Shown here: piece after piece, positions 1-7,276 of the stretch | How positions within the stretch are numbered: position 1 is the first letter of the stretch | Layout: each line of letters begins with the position of its first letter | Origin: Bdellovibrionota bacterium | Lineage (GTDB): Bacteria > Bdellovibrionota_C > UBA2361 > OMIW01 | Direction of reading: 5' to 3' | NCBI GenBank assembly: GCA_044345055.1 | Contig: JBIJBT010000060.1 | Coordinates: 1 to 17,692, forward strand | DNA: 17,692 bases | The notes under the pieces: model-generated | What the model saw: only the letters and a program-made list of their open reading frames with translations | Databases searched by the model: none | Told to the model about the DNA's origin: nothing | Translations under genes and position numbers: made by a program

Positions 1-405
1 TACGAGCAGCCCTTCAATGGACTCGACAATACTTTCAGCCCCCTGATTAAGGTCAGATTCGCCGATATTAAGCGCTTGCCATGTCGTCCCCTGGAGCTCA
101 ACTCTGCCTCGGTTACCAACTTTTATCTCGGTAATACAAACTGCCCGTTGTGGTATCGGCGGTTGAGCGGAACGATTTCGACTCATCCGATTAACAACCG
201 CAGGACGAAGAGCTAATAGCATCAGCAAAGACGCGACTGAAAAGACTACTAGCTGAAAAGAGAGGGATAGCGAGGGAAATAGAGCTGTTACCGCAGCAGT
301 CAAAAAAGCGGCTAGAGAAAAAAATGCAAGGAACAAAGTTCCCGGAATAGCAGCCTCTCCGATGAGAAGAGCGATACTGATAAGAGTCCACACAGACCAG
401 GTCAT
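1..405 (-). CDS. NfeD-like (YbbJ-type) membrane protein, 3' end truncated by the window edge
   Basis: Absent from the ORF track (no stop in window). Manual translation from ATG at 405: MTWSVWTLISIALLIGEAAIPGTLFLAFFSLAAFLTAAV...QLVVFSVASLLMLLALRP...GRVELQGTTWQALN...IVESIEGLLV. Hydrophobic N-terminus plus the C-terminal G-x-V-x-x-x-G-x-x-W-x-A motif typical of short NfeD. AGGA upstream of the ATG. Confidence 0.85.
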   Translation of the reverse strand, partial: MTWSVWTLISIALLIGEAAIPGTLFLAFFSLAAFLTAAVTALFPSLSLSFQLVVFSVASLLMLLALRPAVVNRMSRNRSAQPPIPQRAVCITEIKVGNRGRVELQGTTWQALNIGESDLNQGAESIVESIEGLLV

Positions 406-429
406 AATTTTATCCTATTGTTGGTCCGC

Positions 430-1569
430 CTATGTTCCGTAGCATCTCCATAGCCGATCAGCGCAGCGCGCGACCTCTTTATCTGGATCGCCACTTAATT
501 GTTTTGCCATCTCCTCGGCCCACGGGTGATCAAGTCCAAAGAGTCGGGTTAGTGAATCAACTCGGATATCGGAAATGGGGCTTTTTGCTGCGGCTATCAA
601 TATATGACTGGCTAGTCTTGTGTGTCGGGCAATCAGCACCTCAATCGAATCCTCCCAGGCGACTCCCGAGGATGGTTGCAGGGAGGTTCGAACGAAGGGT
701 GCTAAGGCAATCGCAGAGAAGCCTGAGGCATCTCTGATGAAATTTCGAACCCACCAAGATTCACCCTCAATTAATCTAGCCTCAAAATCCCGAGCATTCT
801 CATTTTCCTGTTTTTCATAATACGGAAGAACAGAGAGGATAAGTTCTGTTGCAATCCGGCGACGATCTTCACTCGATGATTTATCCATCAAAATGGCGAG
901 TGAGCGGCTTTGACATAAACCAGGAGAGACAAGAGAGAGCATTTTGAGAGTCTCTGCGAGCAGCTTCGGTTCGCCATCAAGAGTTGCGGCAACCGCCATC
1001 ACCTCGAATGAGCTGACATCATGGACTGCAAGAGAAAGGAGGCAGTTAAGTCTCAAATCATGATCAGATGCCAAAATCGAACCAGCGACCAGAGCAGCTA
1101 CTCCTTCATAAAGAACCGTACGCTCAGCAACCGTAGCGAGAGATTCATCATGGTAGGTTGCCATTTCTCCTAAAAATCTCGCGCCCTCTCCCCCTTTTTG
1201 AATTTCAGAACTAGAGGGATTTGGGCGACAAGCGACGAAAAGATCGGCGATAGCCTCGCTCATCTGAAGAATGCGTTCCGTTTCGAAGGCTCGCAAAGAT
1301 TCCTCATCTCGTGCCATCGTTTGACGTTTTTTCTCCTCGAGAAAACGGCCCCACAGTAAGATTGAATTTAGCCAGAGCAGCGCTGATGTTCCAAAATAGT
1401 GTGCAGCACGAAAGGCAAGCGATGGAGTCATTCGCGCAGAACCATCGATTATAGCCTGAATAGCTCTTTCTGAAGATTTTAGTTCTTGTGCACACTCTGC
1501 GTTGGTGATTCCTCTGCCTTCGATCGCGGCCCGAAGAATCGCTCCTGGTCGATTAATGAGAAAGCTCAT
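430..1569 (-). CDS. HigA/VapI-family XRE-HTH antitoxin domain fused to a ~300-aa helical, HEAT-repeat-like region
   Basis: aa 7-75 RPGAILR...GIT...CAQEL...IQAIIDGSARMTPSLAFRAAHYFGTSALLWLNS follows the HigA pattern (HPGEIL...I.NG.R.IT...ALRL..YFGTS..FWLN). C-terminal LSGDPDKEVARCA, SPISDIRVDSL and SDHDLRLNCL resemble HEAT repeats. Strong RBS AGAGGAGG; ATGA overlap with the upstream gene. Confidence 0.75.
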   Translation of the reverse strand: MSFLINRPGAILRAAIEGRGITNAECAQELKSSERAIQAIIDGSARMTPSLAFRAAHYFGTSALLWLNSILLWGRFLEEKKRQTMARDEESLRAFETERILQMSEAIADLFVACRPNPSSSEIQKGGEGARFLGEMATYHDESLATVAERTVLYEGVAALVAGSILASDHDLRLNCLLSLAVHDVSSFEVMAVAATLDGEPKLLAETLKMLSLVSPGLCQSRSLAILMDKSSSEDRRRIATELILSVLPYYEKQENENARDFEARLIEGESWWVRNFIRDASGFSAIALAPFVRTSLQPSSGVAWEDSIEVLIARHTRLASHILIAAAKSPISDIRVDSLTRLFGLDHPWAEEMAKQLSGDPDKEVARCADRLWRCYGT

Positions 1570-3086
1570 ATTCCTCCTCTCGACGATGAAGACTGTTCGG
1601 GGCTGAAGGGCTCAATCCGAACGTTATAAACGTGGGCCCTCGGGGAACCGTGAAGATCAAGATCTTCTCCGATTTCGAATTCCAGCTTAACTGTCGGTTC
1701 ACCCTGAATAAGAAAGGCAAAGCGATGTTCTTCTCGGGTTCCACCAAAGCGGACCTTCTTATCATCTGAAAGACCAGATCTGAGGCTATCAGATAGCGCT
1801 TTGAGCAGCTCAGCTTCGCTCGAGAATTGTTGCTGGAAAAACTTTAGCACTTCACGGATTCGAAGAAGCGTTTCCGAGGGAAGTTTCTGTAATGCTTCGT
1901 ACTCTTCTTCTGCGAGATTTTTCACCCGCCAACTTGAGAGAGTAGTAATAAGGTCAAAAGGCTGCGAGCCCTCTGCGTAGGTGAGGGGGAGATCCACGGG
2001 ATGAGGGACAAAATTTACATTATCATCCGGAGACCAAATGTCTCCCTGCTCTTTTCGCCGATTAATTTCGGCCTTTAATGCAGCTATTTCGGGGTCAATC
2101 GACTCAAGAAGCTCAATTAATCGAGGATCAGCGGTTTCGTTGCTGATTTGAAAGACTTTATCTTCGAGTATCTCCCGCTCCTTCAACAGCAATAGGAGAG
2201 AGCTGCACGACAGATTGGCCGCACCATCTTCCGTTGCAACAAACGGGGTTAATTGCCGAATGGCATCCTCTACATCAAGAGGAGTTTTTAGCGCCCCCTC
2301 CTTACGCTCTAGATCTAAAAGAGCTTTGTTATAATCAGCGATCACGCGACGGGATATGTCAGCATCACTATCTTCGCCCTCTTTTGTACCTGAGCGAATA
2401 GTTGATGCCACCTCTCCATCGAGTGTTTTTACGAACTCTTCGCCGACATCCAATCGAGGCGCATCACTTATAGTTTTATTAATTATTGAGGCAAGCCGTT
2501 CAGAGTCAGCTGCATTGAGCCCAATTCGATCGGCAACCCATCGAGCAGAAAGGCCCTCCTGAGACATCATGTTATCGATAACATCCTCAGGAGCTACTGG
2601 TTTAATTTCAACCTCTTGCCCATAAACCTTAATTGTTTGCCCCTCATTTAAAAACTCCGACGCGCCAGCTCTGTCTAATTCACAGATTCCCCTAATCGTA
2701 TCGGGGCTCCACGGCATAACAGATTTGGAAGTAATCGTACACGCTCTTAACTTGTCTCCGAGGAAAAATAGGTAGGTAAATCCAACGGAGATTGATTGCG
2801 GAGTGCCATCGGGCCCGAGAGCAACAGAGCCCGGAGAAACAAGACATGACAATGGAGGTTCTCGTTCAGCGGTGAATACCCGTGAGGTTCGAGATTGGAG
2901 ATAAACCATCAAGAGATGTGGCAGGTTTCGAACCTGCTCGGCGGTGAGATCGGGCAACTGGTCGTTCGATAAAATAGAGGCGATAAACCGTCCCTTTGTT
3001 CGGTTCGCCAAATCGTGCGCGAGCGGCAGCTGCGTACTGCCGCGAGCTTCAGAAGATAATGATGGAGATGATACCTCTTTGACCAT
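1566..3086 (-). CDS. 506-aa hypothetical protein with putative C-terminal HigB/RelE-like domain, internal XRE/HigA-like HTH and possible N-terminal degenerate HigB-like domain
   Basis: Long ORF whose stop overlaps the higA-like start. aa 379-494 (LITTLSS..VKNL.....QKLPSETLLRIREVL...FAFLIQ...VKLEFE...VYNVRIEPF) aligns by eye to HigB. aa 161-204 (PVAPEDVIDNMMSQEGLSARWVADRIGL...LASIINK) is HTH-like. The CDS is secure; the domain calls are tentative. Confidence 0.55.
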   Translation of the reverse strand: MVKEVSSPSLSSEARGSTQLPLAHDLANRTKGRFIASILSNDQLPDLTAEQVRNLPHLLMVYLQSRTSRVFTAEREPPLSCLVSPGSVALGPDGTPQSISVGFTYLFFLGDKLRACTITSKSVMPWSPDTIRGICELDRAGASEFLNEGQTIKVYGQEVEIKPVAPEDVIDNMMSQEGLSARWVADRIGLNAADSERLASIINKTISDAPRLDVGEEFVKTLDGEVASTIRSGTKEGEDSDADISRRVIADYNKALLDLERKEGALKTPLDVEDAIRQLTPFVATEDGAANLSCSSLLLLLKEREILEDKVFQISNETADPRLIELLESIDPEIAALKAEINRRKEQGDIWSPDDNVNFVPHPVDLPLTYAEGSQPFDLITTLSSWRVKNLAEEEYEALQKLPSETLLRIREVLKFFQQQFSSEAELLKALSDSLRSGLSDDKKVRFGGTREEHRFAFLIQGEPTVKLEFEIGEDLDLHGSPRAHVYNVRIEPFSPEQSSSSRGGI

Positions 3087-3262
3087 GGGCCTGATCTTAG
3101 GTGGAAACGGGGGTAAAGAGAAGGGTTAATCCCTCGGTTATCATTCCTCGGCTCTTTACGATAAACTTTAAAGAGTTCCCATCATATATTAATAGGGCTT
3201 CAAGTGGGAGATTCTGTGAGCGCTCGATTGGCCGAATTAGCTCCCTTTAAAAACTTACTAAA

Positions 3263-3290
3263 TTGTCAACCTTTCGATAAAATTTAATCT
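3263..3290 (+). promoter_or_regulatory. Putative sigma-70 promoter for trmJ, possibly giving a leaderless mRNA
   Basis: TTGTCA(3263-3268)-N16-TAATCT(3285-3290), ending 7 nt before ATG 3298; no Shine-Dalgarno present. Confidence 0.35.
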
Positions 3291-3297
3291 TTTTTCT

Positions 3298-4071
3298 ATG
3301 AAGTTTTCAGTAATATTGGTGAATCCGGAGGAAAGTCTCAATATCGGGTCGGTTGCCCGAGCGATGAGGAACCTATCCTTTGATGATTTACGGCTGGTGG
3401 CGCCGCAGGATTTTCGGATTGAACGAGCCGCGATCACGGCTTGTCATGCAGCTGACCTACTTTCATCAGCGGTCGTGTTTAGCACATTATCGGACGCTAT
3501 CGCCGATCTGCACCATGTGGTAGGGTTTTCTGCCCGAGATGGTGATAACAGGCCAGTTCCTTTGACATTACACGATTGGGTGGCACGTTTAAAAGAGCAG
3601 GACGCGAGCATCCATGGGGGTGATAGAGTCGGCCTCGTATTTGGGCCTGAATCAACGGGACTCCATACCAGTGATGTTGCTGCTTGTCAGCGATTGGTGG
3701 TGATACCATCTAACCCCATTTACTCATCATTTAATCTCTCTCATGCAGTGCTGCTCGCTCTCTATGAGCTCACGCGGAGTGGAGTTAGAGAGATGCAAGG
3801 GGCGTCATTGAGAGGCTCGGACCCGGCCGAACGCTCGCAGGTTTTGCAGCTCGAGCGTCTCGTGGATGAGGTAGCAACGCTCTCGCAGTTTTATCGTCGG
3901 GGTACCCCTCCGATAATGCGGGAGCTTTTGCCGCAACTTCTTACTCGGATGGAACCACAAAAGCGTGAATTGGCGATTCTGCTTGGGCTTTTTAGCAGAA
4001 TTAAGAAGACCATTGAGCGAATGCCGCTGATGGAGGAAGAGACTTTTTTGACCTCGGACAATGGCGAATAG
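3298..4071 (+). CDS. trmJ: TrmJ/LasT-type SPOUT (SpoU/TrmH family) tRNA/rRNA 2'-O-methyltransferase
   Basis: Motifs VILVNP...NIGSVARAMRN, LVFGPESTGL, IPSNPIYSSFNLSHAV..LYE, plus the TrmJ-type helical C-terminal domain (RE..ILLG). Confidence 0.88.
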   Translation: MKFSVILVNPEESLNIGSVARAMRNLSFDDLRLVAPQDFRIERAAITACHAADLLSSAVVFSTLSDAIADLHHVVGFSARDGDNRPVPLTLHDWVARLKEQDASIHGGDRVGLVFGPESTGLHTSDVAACQRLVVIPSNPIYSSFNLSHAVLLALYELTRSGVREMQGASLRGSDPAERSQVLQLERLVDEVATLSQFYRRGTPPIMRELLPQLLTRMEPQKRELAILLGLFSRIKKTIERMPLMEEETFLTSDNGE

Positions 4072-4088
4072 CGAGTAGTTTTATATAA

Positions 4089-4176
4089 AACTTTCTCTGA
4101 AAGTTCGTTTAATTTTCCTTTATGAAAAGTTGAAAGTTTTCCCAATCGTAAAAGATAATCAAAACTATATTAGTTT
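4089..4176 (+). promoter_or_regulatory. AT-rich promoter/operator region of the TerC/Alx gene
   Basis: TTGAAA(4130-4135)-N18-GATAAT(4154-4159). Inverted repeats AACTTTC-tct-GAAAGTT (4089-4105), imperfect AATTTTCCTTTATGAAAAGTT (4111-4131) and AAACTA-tat-TAGTTT (4162-4176). Confidence 0.4.
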
Positions 4177-4185
4177 GTGCATTTT

Positions 4186-5232
4186 ATGAATCGAACCATA
4201 TTTTTCCCATTCGCTGATTTTTGGCCATTTTATCTTTGGTTCGTCCTCGGTGTTCTTGTTGTCCTTCTCCTTGATCTTGGCATTTTTCACCGAAAGACTG
4301 GCGAGATATCGTTTAAGCACGCGCTTCGACTTAGTATTTTGTGGGTCGCACTCGCACTTGCATATTCCGGGTGGTTCTACTGGTATCTGCTTGGTTATTT
4401 CTCCGATAATTCCCATTTGCTAGGAGCTGGCGTTACCGCGGGAGCAAAGGCGTGGGAGCTGTATCTTGAATTTCTCAGTGGCTATCTCGTGGAGAAAGCA
4501 CTAGCTGCGGATAATATCTTTGTCTTTGTAGTTCTCTTTAATTTTTTTGGAGTTCCGCTTCGCTACCAGCATAGAGTTTTGTTTTACGGAATTTTGGGAG
4601 CTCTTTTTTTCCGGGCAATCTTCATTGCTGCTGGAGCCGTAATGATGTCCGTTGATTGGATGTTATGGATTTTTGGTGGGCTGCTAATTTACACCGGCTT
4701 CAAGCTTTTCTTCCACGATGCAGAGGAGATCGATCTCGAGGGTAGTCGGATGTTGAAGTTCGTTCGGAAGATCATTCCGGTAACGGCGGGTCTAAGGTCA
4801 GACCGTTTTTTCGTCCGTGAAGAGGGAGTTCTTATGGCGACGCCTCTTTTTATTTCGCTTGTAGTTGTTGAGCTTAGCGATATATTGTTTGCGTTTGATT
4901 CGGTTCCGGCGATTTTTGCCCTTACCAACGAACCATTGATTGTCTTTACCTCAAATATATTCGCAGTTCTTGGCCTGCGAGCGATGTATTTTCTCCTCGC
5001 ATCGGTTGTCGATAAATTTCACTATCTCAGATTCGGCCTTGCGATCGTGCTTGTTTTTATCGGATGCAAGATGGCGATACTCAATCCTCTGTGGGATGGG
5101 CATTTCCCTATTTTACCCTCTCTTCTCTTCATTGTAGTAACTATCTTTGGATCGATTGCAATCTCGCTACTTTTTCCGCAATCACTGAGTAGTGAAATAC
5201 CGGTCGAGATTGATAGGGCTGGAGAGGAGTAG
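4186..5232 (+). CDS. TerC/Alx family integral membrane protein (probable Mn2+ homeostasis/export)
   Basis: LLLDLG, GYLVEKALAADNIFVF, QHRVLFYGILGALFFRAIFI, ELSDILFAFDSVPAIFA, FTSNIFAVLGLRAMYF. ATG 4186 preferred over GTG 4177. Confidence 0.95.
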   Translation: MNRTIFFPFADFWPFYLWFVLGVLVVLLLDLGIFHRKTGEISFKHALRLSILWVALALAYSGWFYWYLLGYFSDNSHLLGAGVTAGAKAWELYLEFLSGYLVEKALAADNIFVFVVLFNFFGVPLRYQHRVLFYGILGALFFRAIFIAAGAVMMSVDWMLWIFGGLLIYTGFKLFFHDAEEIDLEGSRMLKFVRKIIPVTAGLRSDRFFVREEGVLMATPLFISLVVVELSDILFAFDSVPAIFALTNEPLIVFTSNIFAVLGLRAMYFLLASVVDKFHYLRFGLAIVLVFIGCKMAILNPLWDGHFPILPSLLFIVVTIFGSIAISLLFPQSLSSEIPVEIDRAGEE

Positions 5233-5291
5233 CGAAGATTAAAAACCCACTTTGTTCAACCGAAGTGATGGTGCGAGACCACTAAAGAACG

Positions 5292-6494
5292 ATGACTTCC
5301 TGCATTATTATCGGAGGTGGGCTCGCCGGTACCGCTTTGGCGATGGCGCTATCTCGTCGTGGATGCAATAGCACAATAATTGAAGCTAGTTCAATCGCAT
5401 CAGCTGCATCCGGAAATCCGGCAGGATTAGCTGTTCGAGATACCGGAAGGCTTGAAACCCCACTTCAGCGGGATATCTTAGGTTACTCTGCGCTTATCTC
5501 TGGTGTTGAGGAGCATTGTGCGGCAAGACGGGTGTCTCAAGCTGTTTTTGGCCCATTAATTCAATTTCCAGTTACCGATAGATTAACCAGACGGGTTGCT
5601 CAAGAAGGAGTTGATGCAGATTATTTAAGCACCCTAGCAGGGGTTTCTATTAAAAGCTCTGCACTTGTTCAGGAGGGGGTGTGCGTCAATCCAGTGGAGC
5701 TTTGTCGTGCTCATGTGGAGGGCTCTAACGCGCAGGTCGTTGTGGGTTCGGTTCATCGATTACACTGGTCTAATGGGCTATGGTCTGTGTCGACCAGATC
5801 AGGAGATATTTTGGCATCCGCTCCATTTATCTGTATTGCGAATGCTGCGGATGCTGCTTTGTTAGAGCAGAGCGCATGGTTAAAATTAGAGCGAGTGAGG
5901 GGCCAAATAGTGCTCATTAATAAGAGAATGAGCGAGCTGCCCCGCATTCCCGTCTGTTTCGATGGATACATTTTGCCACTCTCAAATGGTGGACATCTAG
6001 TCGGCGCAGATTATGATCATCTGTCGTGGGATTATCGAATTAACCCACAAATCAGCCGAGCCTTATTGGACAGAATGAGAAGATGGCTCAACGTTCCTCC
6101 CGTTCCGGAATCTTTTATTTCAGGACGTGTGGCCTTTCGCGCAACAACTCACGACCGATATCCCTATGTTGGGCCTCTTCCTGACTACAACACATTTCGG
6201 TTTCACGCTAGAAAAGCATTGAGTGCGCAACGGCCTGTCGCTGCGTGTGATGAGTTGCTAAATGAATGCCCAATGTTGCCGAATTGTTTTGTCTCAGTAG
6301 GACACGGCTCACGAGGGCTCGTTTCCGCGCACTATGCCGCAGAGGTAATCGCCGATAACGTTGCAGGTCCGATCTCTGGTAATGCTGCACTAATTTTAGA
6401 TTCAGCGTTATCTACTAAGCGACTTTTGAGCCGATTATTGCGCGATTTAAGGGGAAAGTTGGGAAAAGGAAAGAAAAATTTGAATGATGAGTAG
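5292..6494 (+). CDS. mnmC: FAD-dependent oxidoreductase equivalent to the C-terminal oxidase domain of MnmC (cmnm5s2U34 oxidoreductase), stand-alone
   Basis: IIGGGLAGT Rossmann motif, ASGNPAG, VRGQI, CFDGYILP, GRVAFRATTHDRYPYVGP, GHGSRGL. No N-terminal SAM-methyltransferase domain. Confidence 0.8.
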   Translation: MTSCIIIGGGLAGTALAMALSRRGCNSTIIEASSIASAASGNPAGLAVRDTGRLETPLQRDILGYSALISGVEEHCAARRVSQAVFGPLIQFPVTDRLTRRVAQEGVDADYLSTLAGVSIKSSALVQEGVCVNPVELCRAHVEGSNAQVVVGSVHRLHWSNGLWSVSTRSGDILASAPFICIANAADAALLEQSAWLKLERVRGQIVLINKRMSELPRIPVCFDGYILPLSNGGHLVGADYDHLSWDYRINPQISRALLDRMRRWLNVPPVPESFISGRVAFRATTHDRYPYVGPLPDYNTFRFHARKALSAQRPVAACDELLNECPMLPNCFVSVGHGSRGLVSAHYAAEVIADNVAGPISGNAALILDSALSTKRLLSRLLRDLRGKLGKGKKNLNDE

Positions 6495-6625
6495 GACTCG
6501 ATAGACCGTTCTTCTTTCCGGTTTGTAGCTGAGAATTTGGTTGTGAGATCTAGTAAAAGATAAGCGGTTCGATTTCGGCGGAGCATTCGTGCAGCTCTTT
6601 AGCCACACTCGCCGAATATCTTGAA

Positions 6626-7099
6626 TTACTTAATCCCAAGTAGCGCCGACAGTGTTGTATCAGTAAGCGGTTGTTTTCTGGGTCGGCCGCGAGGTCGCTT
6701 TGGTTGACCTGAAGGTGTGGGAGTTTTTTTAATTGGCTTATCAACCTTATGAGGTCGTTGCTGGATCTGTGCGCCAGATAGACTAGAGATTGATAGATTC
6801 GAGCCTGATGTGTGGGATACCGATAGCTGAGTGGTCGATTTTCTTGGCCTTCCCCGTCCGCGGAGGGGAGCTGGCTCAAGCTGTGATTCCTTCGTTGCTT
6901 CCTCTAGAAGCGATCCGATGATCGACCACGATAATCCCAAAGCCTTCTTTAAATTTACCAAATATTCGAGCGTTGTTAACGGCGCGTGGTCCTCATAATA
7001 CTCAATCTTCGCAACCGGAAGCGACAATGCCTTTGCGACAGCTGCGCGCGAGACCTGCTTGTGAACTCTAATAGCGGCTAACGGTCGCATATCGGCCAT
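6626..7099 (-). CDS. XRE-family HTH DNA-binding protein with two C-terminal AT-hook motifs
   Basis: N-terminal LAAIRVHKQVSRAAVAKALSLPVAKIEYYE...LEYLVNLKKALGLS is XRE-HTH-like. Motifs RGRGRPRK and KRPRGRPRK lie in a basic Ser/Thr/Pro-rich tail. RBS AGAGGA. Confidence 0.8.
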   Translation of the reverse strand: MADMRPLAAIRVHKQVSRAAVAKALSLPVAKIEYYEDHAPLTTLEYLVNLKKALGLSWSIIGSLLEEATKESQLEPAPLRGRGRPRKSTTQLSVSHTSGSNLSISSLSGAQIQQRPHKVDKPIKKTPTPSGQPKRPRGRPRKQPLTDTTLSALLGIK

Positions 7100-7172
7100 A
7101 CGTTCCTCTTACGGTGCTAAGTTGTTTTGTGATGAGCACAATCCCCATGCCGATTAAGGAGCGGATTGGATA

Positions 7173-7199
7173 AATTTTAGCTTAAGGAATTTTAGCTTA
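7173..7199. repeat. 12-bp perfect direct repeat AATTTTAGCTTA x2 (15-bp period)
   Basis: Copies at 7173-7184 and 7188-7199, upstream of the HTH/AT-hook gene. Confidence 0.8.
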
Positions 7200-7276
7200 T
7201 GCATTCCCCAGACCGAACTCTTTGCCTTTGATAGTCAATCAAGATCTGCAAAGCCGGCCGCTCAAGCCTTCGGATA

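Noticed and set aside
191..391. 66-aa minus-strand ORF in the track
   Set aside because: Out-of-frame shadow of the NfeD-like gene at 1-405.
2025..2711. WSPD occurs twice in the 506-aa protein
   Set aside because: Only four residues, at non-equivalent positions relative to the proposed domains; could be chance.
6555..6585. GGTTCGATT T-loop-like sequence between convergent genes
   Set aside because: No T-stem or cloverleaf can be formed.
6550..6879. 109-aa alternative-frame ORF
   Set aside because: Overlaps the HTH/AT-hook gene on the same strand and shows no recognisable motif.
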